A stretch of DNA of 64,000 nt from Phycisphaerales bacterium (GTDB lineage Bacteria > Planctomycetota > Phycisphaerae > Phycisphaerales > UBA1924), in the NCBI GenBank assembly GCA_047600535.1, contig JASGKR010000001.1, forward strand, positions 2,719,638-2,783,637, in the 5' to 3' direction. Shown here piece after piece: positions 53,334 to 63,522 of this stretch (its first letter is position 1; each line of letters starts with the position of its first letter). Under the pieces are notes generated by a model. It searched no databases. It saw only the letters and a list, made by a program, of their open reading frames with translations, and had not been told where the DNA came from. A program made the position numbers and the translations under genes.

Positions 53334-53476
53334 CGTTGAAGAGGAGGGGAGGAGGCGGGTTTGGGGATGACGTGGGGGCGGAGGCGCGTCTGACGGCCGG
53401 GGATCTGGGAGCCCCCACGTGAGGAGGCGTGGGGACTTCGATGTACTGCCAATCAGTGGCTTGGCGATGGTCTGTG
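53334..53476. repeat. ~144-bp dispersed repeat, copy 1, containing the gacgtgggggc-N31-gcccccacgtga palindrome
   Basis: It is ~90% identical to 54136-54279. The ORF track also shows this as near-identical minus-strand peptides (IAKPLIGSTSKSP...PPDAPPPPRHPQ). Confidence 0.8.
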
Positions 53477-53507
53477 CATCCTGACGCAAGTCGCCGTTCT
53501 GTTGTCA

Positions 53508-54020
53508 TCACGGCGTTCGCCGCGGCATCAGACAGTCGAAGTGCTTGCAGACGTCGATCTCGTCCATCTCCGCGAATGAGACGTTGAGCTGCAATCCAGG
53601 CGGGATGCACGCCGCCAGCGCGGACGACAGGTCTCTTGCGTGCAATGCCAGCGCAGGGATCGCGTCGCGCTGGTACACGCTGTCGGACACGGAGGAACCC
53701 CAGTCGTAGACGTACAGGCCGCGGCGGGCCAGCCCGATGACCGACGGTGCCTTTGCGCTCATGGGATGCAGCCAGCGAAGTCCTCCCACCGGGAGTGCCG
53801 CGGCGCGTTCTTCGATCTCCAGCATCAGCGGGTGCTGCTGGACGATGCTTGGAATCGCACCCCATCCTGCAGTGGTAAAGAGCCCGACAAAGCCCTTGGC
53901 ATCGAGCGCCGGCCAGGCGTGGTCGATGCCGAAGTATTCGCTGTAGGGGCCGTGTTCTTTGCGGTTCACGGTTGAGCGTACGTGGCGGAGTGGGCCTAGA
54001 GCGTCCGCGCCGTCTGGCAT
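53508..54020 (-). CDS. hypothetical protein flanked by the two repeat copies
   Basis: The ORF is 170 aa. No motifs were recognised. Confidence 0.4.
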   Translation of the reverse strand: MPDGADALGPLRHVRSTVNRKEHGPYSEYFGIDHAWPALDAKGFVGLFTTAGWGAIPSIVQQHPLMLEIEERAAALPVGGLRWLHPMSAKAPSVIGLARRGLYVYDWGSSVSDSVYQRDAIPALALHARDLSSALAACIPPGLQLNVSFAEMDEIDVCKHFDCLMPRRTP

Positions 54021-54135
54021 CGCGCAAACGGCTCTTCAGTTTGGAGAGATCCAGCTCGCCGACGATCGTTTTCGGTGAAGCATTGATTCCACGCCCTCGG
54101 TCCTCCGGAGACAGACATCCATTCGACCGGGGGCG

Positions 54136-54279
54136 GCGTTAAGAGGGAGGAGAGAAGGCGGATTTGGGGATGACGTGGGGGCGGAGGCGCGTCTGGTGGC
54201 CGGGCACGTAGGAGCCCCCACGTGAGAAAGCTTGGGGACTTCGATGTGCTGCCAATCAGTGGCTTGGCGATGGTCTGTG
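54136..54279. repeat. ~144-bp dispersed repeat, copy 2
   Basis: See copy 1. It shares the gatgacgtgggggcggaggcgcgtctg...ggagcccccacgtgag...ctgccaatcagtggcttggcgatggtctgtg core. Confidence 0.8.
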
Positions 54280-54382
54280 TTTTGTGGGTAGAACGCACCA
54301 ATCGTCCCAAAGCGGCCGATCGGTGGCACGTTGGCACCAACGAATAGGTTCTCGCGGTGCGGCGATCACCGCATCTCTTCCA

Positions 54383-55105
54383 TCAAGACCGAGGAGCCAG
54401 AATGGCCCACTTGCAGTAGAGATTGCCCAATTCCGTCAACGCCCAACAAACCGTGGCGCCTTCCGGCTTCGCTCCGGACGTTCCAAGAAGGTGCCTCTCT
54501 CGGAGACGCGGTACCCAATAGTCAATGAGCGAAACCGGATAGGGAAGAACGACCGGGTGCCTATCCGAGGGCGACTCGGCTAGATCAAAGTACAACTCGT
54601 AATACTCTCGCTGCACGACTGTCGTCCAGTTGTACGGGAAACCAGGTGTTCGGAATCTACCGCCAGTACGGTAAATTCCTGCCAGAATCGCTAGCCCGGG
54701 CACATCGATTTCCTTCGTAACCCTCGCGGCCCACTCGGCTTCGTCCCATTGGGGAGATCCCGGCGGAAGCGCCGCCGCTCCAATGAGAATGTCGCGAAAC
54801 GCGGCCCGTTTTTCCTCTTTCTGCGCTCGCGATACATCCTTCAGAACGCTCTCGAGTAGGATCGCAAATTCCTCCTTCGTGCGCAACGACTCGATCACAT
54901 CGCCTCGAAGCCTCTTCTCGACCTCCGTAAGGGTTTCAATGACTCGCTGCTGTTGTCGTTCGGCAGAGTGAGCAAACAGCAAGTGGTAGAGCGGTTCGCC
55001 AAAGTTGGGAATGCCCTTCACAAGAGCCTGTAGAGCAATCAAGCCTGCTGGGACCAGCGATCGATCTGACGAGCGCCCGGAAGTCTCGGAGTTCTCACTG
55101 GACAT
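54383..55105 (-). CDS. hypothetical protein
   Basis: The ORF is 240 aa. No motifs were recognised. Confidence 0.4.
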   Translation of the reverse strand: MSSENSETSGRSSDRSLVPAGLIALQALVKGIPNFGEPLYHLLFAHSAERQQQRVIETLTEVEKRLRGDVIESLRTKEEFAILLESVLKDVSRAQKEEKRAAFRDILIGAAALPPGSPQWDEAEWAARVTKEIDVPGLAILAGIYRTGGRFRTPGFPYNWTTVVQREYYELYFDLAESPSDRHPVVLPYPVSLIDYWVPRLRERHLLGTSGAKPEGATVCWALTELGNLYCKWAILAPRS

Positions 55106-55284
55106 AAGTTAACGCTAGCCGCGAAAACGCGACACCGGCTTGTGAGCAGAGGCGACCGTGTCACCTCACCGGTGGCATCTCTGGCGCGCACTCGGCGTCA
55201 CCGAGTGATACTGAGCCGCGTGTTTGCTGGTGGTACGCCTCTCCCCCTTCCTTTCGGTCGGGGCTCTGTTTGAGGGTTCCGTGG

Positions 55285-56106
55285 TTACTTCACGCGGGTC
55301 AGTTCGATTCCGTGCTCGGCCCAGAAGCTCGGGCGGGTCATGTATCGGCGGTAGACGCCGATTGCGCGGTCGGGTTCGTTGGTGAGGAGCCACTCGCCCG
55401 TGGTGCTTCCTTTATCACCCGGAGTGAACGCCGCCTCCATTGCGGGGGCGGGCGCGTCGGGGGAGGGCAGGTTCGGCGGGTCGAGGAGCTTCACCGTCGG
55501 CGCGAGCATGACCGGCGCTGCGGGGACGCGGATTGACAGTGTGTCACCGTTCTGGCGCAGGCCCAGCAGCAGGTGCGCGCGGAAGCGAAGGGCGAACGGC
55601 TCGACGTCCTCTGCCTTGAGGGGGAAGCCGTCGGCGGGCTCGAACTGCAGGCAGCCGATGAGCGTTCCATCGCCGCCCTGGTCCGCGGGGGCTCCGGTGA
55701 GCGCGTAGACCCGTGCGTCGATCACCGTCGGCTCAGCTTTGTCGGCCTGCGCGGCCGCGCCTTGTGCATCGCTCTGACCTTTCGCGGCGCCGCTGGGCGT
55801 TGAGACCATGTGGAAGACGTAGACCTTGGCGGAGCCCGTCGCGCCGTCCTGCGCCTGGCCGTTTGTCAGCCGCGCCATGACTCGATCGTTCTGTGTCGGC
55901 TGGTTCGACTCGGTCACCTTCACGTCGATCCGCTCGCCGCTGGAGCCGGTGCCGGTCCACGTTCCGACGAGCCCGGGTGCCGCGGCCAGATCCGAGACTC
56001 GGAACGCCGGGTCGTCTCGGGTGCAGCCGCCCTGCAGGAATCCGGCAATCACCCCTGCGCCACCCAGCACCCCCGCAAAGCCGACGCGCCACGTTTGACG
56101 GTTCAT
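55285..56106 (-). CDS. putative lipoprotein
   Basis: The N-terminus is MNRQTWRVGFAGVLGGAGVIAGFLQGGC, which gives a signal peptide with a lipobox-like LQGGC. Confidence 0.5.
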   Translation of the reverse strand: MNRQTWRVGFAGVLGGAGVIAGFLQGGCTRDDPAFRVSDLAAAPGLVGTWTGTGSSGERIDVKVTESNQPTQNDRVMARLTNGQAQDGATGSAKVYVFHMVSTPSGAAKGQSDAQGAAAQADKAEPTVIDARVYALTGAPADQGGDGTLIGCLQFEPADGFPLKAEDVEPFALRFRAHLLLGLRQNGDTLSIRVPAAPVMLAPTVKLLDPPNLPSPDAPAPAMEAAFTPGDKGSTTGEWLLTNEPDRAIGVYRRYMTRPSFWAEHGIELTRVK

Positions 56107-56396
56107 TTGAGCCTCCATTTTCAAGCCGCAACCCATCACGCCCGACCGCCAAATCGCCGCGGTCTGTCATTTGAAGCGCCCATCCCCCAACCGGGTTCTC
56201 CATTCTTCGCTTCTTCATCCGGCCACTCCCTCTCCCCCCCACTCGCCCCACCTTTTCAGCCACTCAACCCAATCTATCCGGTCTCTATAAGCATCTTCTT
56301 CGCTCGGCAATACCCCAGAACCAACTCGGGATTCTGGCCGTCCCCACGTGCACAAGATATGTTTCTATTCCGCCCTCCCCCGACTCAGAGAGATCG

Positions 56397-59010
56397 ATGC
56401 ACCTCCACAGTCTGCTTAACTCCGTCCGTACCGTGGCGCGGCTCGCGCTGCTGCCTCTCACGGCGATCCTCTTTCTGATCGGCGCCGTCGCGCCCGCCGC
56501 CGCGCAGTCCACGTGCACGCCCGATTGGCTGCCCATGCTCGGCACCGGCCCGCGTGACGAGAATGCCTTCTGCTCCCTCGTCGCCGATCTCGACGGCCCC
56601 GGCGATGACGGTCCGACGCTCGTCATCGGCGGCCGCGGCCTCGTACTCACCCACCGCAACCACACGTGGGAAGTCCTCGGCACTGGGCTCGCCGGCGACG
56701 TCTACGCCCTCGCGATGTACGACCCCGACGGCGACGGCCCACTCCCCGCCTCGCTCATCGCCGGCGGCAACTTCTCCATCAACTCACAGTCGTGCGGCGT
56801 CGCCCGCTACGACCGCACGAACAACACGTGGGCGCCGATGACCTTCGGCATTTCGTATCCCTACGGCGTGCGGGCGCTGGCGGTCTTCGACCCCGACGGG
56901 AGCGGCCCCCTCCCGCCGATGCTCTACGCGGGAGGCGACTTCGCCACCATCAACGGCGCGAGCACGCCCTACCTCATCAAGTACGACGGAACGTCGTGGA
57001 CCTCCGGCGGCGCGTTCAACAACGTCGTGCGGACGCTGAGCGTCTTTGACGCAGACGGCGACGGCCCGCTCCCGGCGCAGCTGTACGCCACGGGCACCTT
57101 CAGCAACGTCGGCGTCCCCGCGGCACGCATCGCCCGGTTCGACGGCGCCTCATGGAGCGCGGTCGGCTCCGGCGTCAGCGGCACCATCTACCAGCTCAAC
57201 GTGGCCGACACCGATGGTCCCGGCCCGCAACCCGCGCGGCTCGTCGCCAGCGGCTCGTTCAGCGTGGTCGGCAACTCATCGCTCACCAACCTCGCCGCGT
57301 GGAACGGCACGACGTGGTCGGCGATTGGCACCTCCCTCAACGGCGCGGTGGAGACCGCGGGCCTCTATGACCCCGACGGCCCGGGCCCCGTGCCGCCGCG
57401 TCTGGTCGTCGCCGGCTGGTTCTTCAACCCCAGCCTCCCGTACCAGGCGCGCATGTTCGAGTGGACCGGCTCGGCCTGGAGTGCGATCGACAACGCCGCG
57501 ACGCTCCCCGCCGTCATCACCGGGTTCGACGTCGACGGACTCGGCCGCGACTCGCTGGTCGTCGCCGGCGGGTTCGAGCAGTTCGGCGGCGTGAACGCGT
57601 ACCACGCTGCCGCGTGGGACGGCACCGGGTGGAAGACGCTGAACACCGGCGTTGATGACTACATCTACTCAATCGCGCAGTTCGACCCCGACGGCGCGGG
57701 CGGCGCACCGCCGCGCCTGTTCATCGGCGGCGCGTTCAGGACCATCGGCGGCCAGTCCATCCGGGGCCTTGCGCAGTGGGACGGCACGGCGTGGTCGACC
57801 ATCGGCAGCGGCTTCGCCGCAACCGCGGGATCGCCCTCGGCTATGTGCGTGTACGACGACGACGGACCTGGACCGCACGCGCAAAGCTGATTGTCGGCGG
57901 CTCGTTCACCGGCGTCGGCGGCGTCACGACCGATGACATCGCCGCGTGGGACGGCACATCGTGGTCCGCCCTCGGCGGCGGCTTCCCCGGCACCCACGTC
58001 GGCGTGAACTGCCTGACCGTGTTCGACCCCGACGGTGACGGGCCTGCCCAGCCGCTGCTCATCGCGGGGGGCACGTTCGATCACGCCGGGGCGACGCCGG
58101 TCACCAACGTCGCGGCCTGGAATGGGTCGACATGGACTCCGCTGGGCGACACACTGTCCAGCGTCCGCGCGCTATCTCCTTCGATCCCGACGGGCCGGGC
58201 GGCGCACCGCCGCAACTGATCGCGGCCGGAGCCTTCACGCTCGCCAACAGCGCCCGAGGCGTGGCGCGTTGGGACGGCGCGACGTGGCAGCCCATGGGGA
58301 CCGGCATTGCGTTCGAGAACACGACAGGTGTCACGTCGCTGGCCGTCTTCGACCCCGACGGCACGGGCCCGCTGCCGGCTCGGCTGATCGCGGCCGGGTT
58401 CTTTTCGACCGGCTCGGGCGCGCCGGGCAACTCCGTCGTGCAATGGGACGGCGTGACATGGTCCGCCCTGGGAACTCAGGCGTTCGGCACCCTCCGCAAG
58501 GTCGCGGTGTTCGATCCCGACGGCGAGGGACCAGCGCAGCAACTGCTGATCGCGTGCAGTGATTCGTCTCTAAGTCAGCCGTCGCCCGTCCTTGGGTGGG
58601 ATGGTGCTACGTGGCGCGAGCTCACGGCGCCCGTCTACCACTCGCAGGTTCTCTCCTACGGAACGTTCGACCCCGACGGCGACGGCCCCCGCCCGCCGGT
58701 GCTGGTCGTCGGCGGCAACCTCCAGCAGACAGGCCGCTACGCCGCGACGCACATCATGGCGTTCGGCTGCAGCGAAGCGATCGACGTTCCTCCGCCGTGC
58801 AGCCCGGCCGACATCGGGAGCACAGGCGGCCAGGTCGGCAGCGACGACCTGCTGAACAACAACGATTTCATCGCCTTCATCACGCTGTTCTTCATCGAAG
58901 ATGCACGGGTGGACTTTGGAAGTGCCGGCGGCGTGCCGGGAGCGGACGGCCAGTTCGACAACAACGACTTCATCGCCTTCATCAACTACTTCTTCACAGG
59001 CTGTCAATAA
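56397..59010 (+). CDS. large secreted repeat (beta-propeller-like) protein ending in a duplicated DNNDFIAFI...FFTGC dockerin-like module. It is interrupted by two frameshifts (~57870 and ~58180).
   Basis: The signal/TM segment is LALLPLTAILFLIGAVAPAAA. There are about 12 repeats of the pattern (L)xVFDPDGDGPLP..LxAGGxFxxxGGxxxxxIAxWDGTxWSxLGxG. The same repeat continues across ORFs 56397-57890, 57776-58219 and 58132-59010. The end is GSDDLLNNNDFIAFITLFF...DGQFDNNDFIAFINYFFTGCQ. Confidence 0.6.
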
Positions 59011-59354
59011 CGCCACGTTTAGAACACCCGGCCAATTTCTTTCCAGTGGGCCGGCCCACCTCGCCCTCCTTCCCCCTCCCCCCGCCAGTTTCCCTTGCCC
59101 CGACTTTGCCACCCGCCTCCGAACACCCCCCCACCACCCTCCACACCCCCCTAACCCCCTACCCCCATTCCGCGATCCGGCCACAATCAGCAATCCCGAA
59201 TCCGCAATCCGCAATTCCCTCCCCCTTTCCCGTAACCCCTTGCCAGAACACCACTTGAAACCCCAACCGCCTTCTGGTACTACTCTTCACCTCGGACCGG
59301 ACGGGCCCCCATCAAAGGCCCGTGCCGCTTAGTGCCAGCCTCAAGGAGTCTCCC

Positions 59355-60203
59355 GTGCATCTGGTGACGAAGATCCTGATCGTGTTCGCCGCTCTCTTCG
59401 CTGTCCTCCTCGCTGCGCTCTCGATGGCGTTCTCGTACAACGCCGAGCAGCTCCGCAACCAGATCTCCGCCGAGCGCGCCGAGCGCGACGCGGCGAACTC
59501 CGCCCTGCGCGAGGCCCAGGCGACGGCGACCACCAGCCTGGCCAAGGCCAAGACCGACGCCGAGCAGGCCGTCGCCCGCGCCACAGCGGCCGAGACCGAC
59601 AAGGCCAACGCTCTCAACGAGCGCGCCAAGCTCATGGCCGACAACAAGAGCATCCAGCTCGAGCGCGACCGGTTCATGAACGAGTCGGCCGGCAAGGACC
59701 AGCGCCTGCAGGTCGCCACCGAGCTGGCCAAGAGCCTGCAGGATCAGAACACCAAGCTCGCCGGCGAGTTCCAGCGCATCTCCAAGGAGAACGCTGACAT
59801 GCTCGTGGCGCTCTCCGACCTGCAGAGCCAGAACCAGGTCATGACGCAGAACGTTCGCGCTCTGCAGGAGCAGCTCTCCGACGCCGCCAACGCCGCCAGC
59901 AGCAAGGCGACGGCTGCGGTCGATCCCCGCGCCGGCGCCGAGATGACGGCCGGTCCGCTGGTCACCGCCCGCATCACCAAGACCACCAAGTCCCAGAGCG
60001 GCGACACCCTCGCCGTGATCTCGGCCGGCGCCAACGCCGGCGTGAAGGTCGGGCAGCGTCTGAACATCGTCCGCGGCAACAAGTTCGTCGGCGCCCTGGT
60101 GATCCTCCAGGCCGATGCCAACGAGTCTGTCGGCCGCATCGACACGCTGGGCACCGGCAACTCGGCCATGGCCGACGACACCGTGCTCAGCCGCGTGCAG
60201 TAA
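59355..60203 (+). CDS. membrane-anchored coiled-coil protein
   Basis: AAGGAG lies 7 nt upstream of the GTG start. The TM helix is ILIVFAALFAVLLAALSMAF. A long Ala/Gln/Glu-rich coiled coil follows. Confidence 0.6.
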   Translation: MHLVTKILIVFAALFAVLLAALSMAFSYNAEQLRNQISAERAERDAANSALREAQATATTSLAKAKTDAEQAVARATAAETDKANALNERAKLMADNKSIQLERDRFMNESAGKDQRLQVATELAKSLQDQNTKLAGEFQRISKENADMLVALSDLQSQNQVMTQNVRALQEQLSDAANAASSKATAAVDPRAGAEMTAGPLVTARITKTTKSQSGDTLAVISAGANAGVKVGQRLNIVRGNKFVGALVILQADANESVGRIDTLGTGNSAMADDTVLSRVQ

Positions 60204-60234
60204 TTCTGACCTTCTGACTTCAAGGAGAACCACC

Positions 60235-60450
60235 ATGAGCCAGATGGGCATGAATCTTCCCGGCGCTGCACGCCGTCGCGCCGCCACGATGGACATCTAC
60301 ACGGGCCTGCTCTTTGTGGCCGTCGTTGCGTTGATCGCGGCCTGCGCCGTGGTCTTCATCAACGGCTCGCTGATCGGCAAGAAGGGGAGCGCCTTCGGCC
60401 TTCAGGAGCAGGGCCAGAGCGGCAAGAGCGGCCTCGAGTTCGGCAACTAA
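60235..60450 (+). CDS. small (71 aa) single-TM protein
   Basis: AAGGAG RBS lies upstream of MSQMGMNLPG. The TM segment is IYTGLLFVAVVALIAACAVVFI. Confidence 0.5.
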   Translation: MSQMGMNLPGAARRRAATMDIYTGLLFVAVVALIAACAVVFINGSLIGKKGSAFGLQEQGQSGKSGLEFGN

Positions 60451-60684
60451 GCCGGCGTGCAGGTTCGATTCGATTGACCGCGGGCGTCCTGCCCGCACAA
60501 CGCTCGGATTGAGGCGGCGCTGCTTGTGCCCCCTGAATCCCGGCCGCGACAGCGTCCCCGCGTTCTCCGACCGACAACGGACAAGCCTGAGCCGGAACAC
60601 TTCACCGGCCCTTGACTTGCGCAGCGCGGCGACTAGATTTCTCCCCCCTCGCTCGGCCTCAAACCGGGCGGCGGGGTACGCCTT

Positions 60685-60758
<74 letters not shown>

Positions 60759-60761
60759 TTG

Positions 60762-60795
60762 AAAAAGCCCCGGAATTCCGGGGCTTTTTCAATTT
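60762..60795. terminator. bidirectional rho-independent terminator after tRNA-Asp
   Basis: The perfect hairpin aaaaagccccgg-aatt-ccggggcttttt is flanked by an A-run and a T-run. Confidence 0.8.
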
Positions 60796-60989
60796 TTAGC
60801 TTTGCGGCTCGCGCCGTTTGTGTTTTTCCTGCGGGCGCTCGCTCGGCCGCCGGCCACGCAACTTGGGGCATGACCGGGCGGGCAAACGCAAAGAGCGCGT
60901 AAAGCACCGGCCACCGTGAAGCCGGTGGTGCGGCTGGATCGCCTGCCGCTTGTAAAAGCGATGTTGTGTCGCGTCGCCTGGGCGACCGA

Positions 60990-61376
60990 TTAACTGAGCT
61001 GCTTACGCAAGGAGAAGATAAAATCCTGCAGCGACAGGTTCTGCTCGAGCGTCAGCGAGTTGCCAGGCTGTCCCAGCAGGGTTTCCAGGTCGTCCAACCT
61101 CGCCAGAAATGCCGCTTTCTGCCCACTTTGCGTGAACACTGGCGGCCCCTCGGTGGCGTAATTGTCCTCGACGATCTTGATCGCGAGGGAGGGATCCCCC
61201 TCAAAGTCCGAACATTCCTTACCGAACCAGTACCGGTAGATTTTGCACAGAAGATCCAACAAGTCCTGGAGCCATTGACTTAACGGCATGTGACACCCCT
61301 TGTACGCACCCGCGTCCTTCAGGTACGCTTTATCGACCGCCTTGTGAGCATCTGATGGACGAAACAGCTCACCCAA
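60990..61376 (-). CDS. hypothetical protein
   Basis: The ORF is 128 aa and has lower GC. No motifs were recognised. It is divergent from the sigma-factor gene. Confidence 0.35.
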   Translation of the reverse strand: MGELFRPSDAHKAVDKAYLKDAGAYKGCHMPLSQWLQDLLDLLCKIYRYWFGKECSDFEGDPSLAIKIVEDNYATEGPPVFTQSGQKAAFLARLDDLETLLGQPGNSLTLEQNLSLQDFIFSLRKQLS

Positions 61377-61425
61377 CTATGCAGTCTCGGCCGCTCACCC
61401 GTAAGGAAGCCGCGGAGTTCGTTTT

Positions 61426-61929
61426 TTGCGCGAGCCGCAGATCCGCGCCCTGGCGCGGACGGTGCTCACACGGTGGGCCCGCACGATCACCAGCAGCGAG
61501 GAGGTCTTCGCGTCGGTCGCCCGGCGCGTCGACGCCGTCGCATCCCAGAAGGATCTGCGTCCTTGCTCGCCGGGACAGTTGTGGCAGTTTGTCCGCACGG
61601 TCACGCTCAACACCGCGATCTCAAAGACGCGTGCCGCGGCCCGCATGGCGCAGCTGGTCGAAGAGTCGGGGTACGAACTGACGGCGGTGCAGCGGCGCAT
61701 CGAGTCATGCTCCAGCGATGAAGAGGTCATGACCGTTCTCTGCCGCGTGGCGATGGCGCTTGGGCGAGCCGAAGACCAGGAGCTGTTTGCGCTGCGGTTC
61801 CGCGGAGCCAGCTACAACGTGCTGGCGAAGCTCATGGGCACGTCTGAAGCCGCGGTGCGCCAGCGCTGGGCCTCACTCTGCCAGCGGCTCCGCATCGCGG
61901 CCGACGAGGGGAAGCTCGATGGCGACTGA
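61426..61929 (+). CDS. sigma-70-family (ECF-like) RNA polymerase sigma factor
   Basis: The region-4 helix-turn-helix is ELFALRFRGASYNVLAKLMGTSEAAVRQRWASL. The stop overlaps the kinase start. Confidence 0.6.
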   Translation: MREPQIRALARTVLTRWARTITSSEEVFASVARRVDAVASQKDLRPCSPGQLWQFVRTVTLNTAISKTRAAARMAQLVEESGYELTAVQRRIESCSSDEEVMTVLCRVAMALGRAEDQELFALRFRGASYNVLAKLMGTSEAAVRQRWASLCQRLRIAADEGKLDGD

Positions 61930-63522
61930 CTCCAGCTTCATGCAGGGGTACGCCGCGCTTCTGTCAGCAGCCGAGCTGGTTCCGTTCGACTGCCCGTCTC
62001 CATTCGGCCCCGCCGACCGTTATCAGCTCGATGAGCTGGCGGCCATCACGACCAAGTCGTGGGTCTATCGCGCAACTGACCAGAGTTTCCTCGCAGACGG
62101 CAAGGCGCCGCGGGTTGCGGTCAAAATCAGCCGTTCACCGGGCGCGGAGCTGGAGGGATTTCTTGGGCGGCGCGTGGAGCACCCCGGCGTCGTTCGCGTG
62201 CTGGAGCAGGGGCGCACCGAGGAGGGGCACGGCTACGTGGTGATGGAGTGGGTCGACGGGGGCGATCTCTCCAGCACCGATCTGCCGTGGAGCGCTCGCG
62301 ATGCGGCCCGCCTGGTGTTGCGGCTGGCTCGCATCGTGCAGGCGGCGCACCGCGTGCTGGTGGTGCACTGCGATCTCAAGCCGTCAAACGTCCTGCTGAC
62401 GCACGATCTGGAGCCGCGGCTGGCCGACTTTGATCTCGCCCAGCGCGTGAGCGACGACTCGCAAAGCCGCAAGGGGACCTTGGCCTACATGGCCCCCGAG
62501 CAATTCCGGGGCGGGCCGGGCAGCCAGAGCGTGCAGGCGGACGTCTACGCGCTTGGGGGCATCCTGCACGTATTGCTCAAGAGCCTGCCGCCGCACGGCG
62601 ACGACGAGGAGACGATCAAGGCCGCGCTGCGGTCTGGAACGTGGGCGGAGTGCGCGGGAGTCGAGCCTTCGCTGTGCGCGATCATGCGCAAGGCGCTGCG
62701 CCCGACCTTGAACAGCGGTACATGACGGCCGAGTCTGTCGCGGCCGACCTTGAACGCTGGCTGACGCACCGGCCGATCGAATGGCAGCGCCCCGGGCCGC
62801 TCAAGCGGTTGAGGCTCTGGAGCAAACGCCGGCCGGCGGTGGCCGTCGCGGCCAGCGCGGTCGTCGCGGCCGCCGTCATCGGCGGCGCGGCACGCTGGGA
62901 GTGGGTGCGGCGCGAGCAGCAGCGCGACGCGGAGGTCGCGGCGCGGGTCGAGACCAAGGCGCAGAAGAAGGTCGACGACATCGGCGGCAACGTGCAGCGA
63001 GCGATCCTGTCGCTGGCTCGCAAGCTCACGCTCGAACAGAAAAACCAGATGAACAACGAGGAGCTGATGGCCAGCCTCTCGGTGATGGGGTGGATCAATT
63101 TCCAGGGCCCCAATCGCGAGGATGAAGAGCGCCGGACGCTGCACGACTACGGCGTGACGGTGTGGAATGAGATCCTCACCCGCTGCCAGACCCGGGCCGC
63201 GGGCGAGGCCGACAGCCTGGCGCTCTTTGCGCACATCAACCTCGCACGGCTGGCGCTGGACGAAGGGGATAACACCGGCGCGGCCAAGCACGCAGATGCG
63301 GCGGAGAAGCACTGGGGCTCGATCCTCACGCCGAACGACACGTCGACGGTGGCGCTCAAGATCGTGCGGGCCGTGCTGGCCAAGCGCAACCCCGATACGC
63401 CCGCGGGCGTAATCGACGTGGCGGGGCTCGAGCGGGAGGCGTTGCAGGCGGGCATCGGCGAGTCGCTGCTGCGCCACCTCCGCCCGACGCCCAAGGCGTC
63501 CTCGGGTAGCAAGAAACCCTGA
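61919..63522 (+). CDS. serine/threonine protein kinase with C-terminal TM and repeat region. A frameshift near 62703 is apparent.
   Basis: Motifs present are the catalytic loop VVHCDLKPSNVLL, the DFD activation segment (DFG-equivalent) and TLAYMAPEQ. ORF 61760-62725 ends ALRPTLNSGT-stop. The +1 frame continues the canonical kinase end RPDLEQRYMTAESVAADLERWL, then TM RRPAVAVAASAVVAAAVIGGAA (ORF 62641-63522). Confidence 0.7.
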
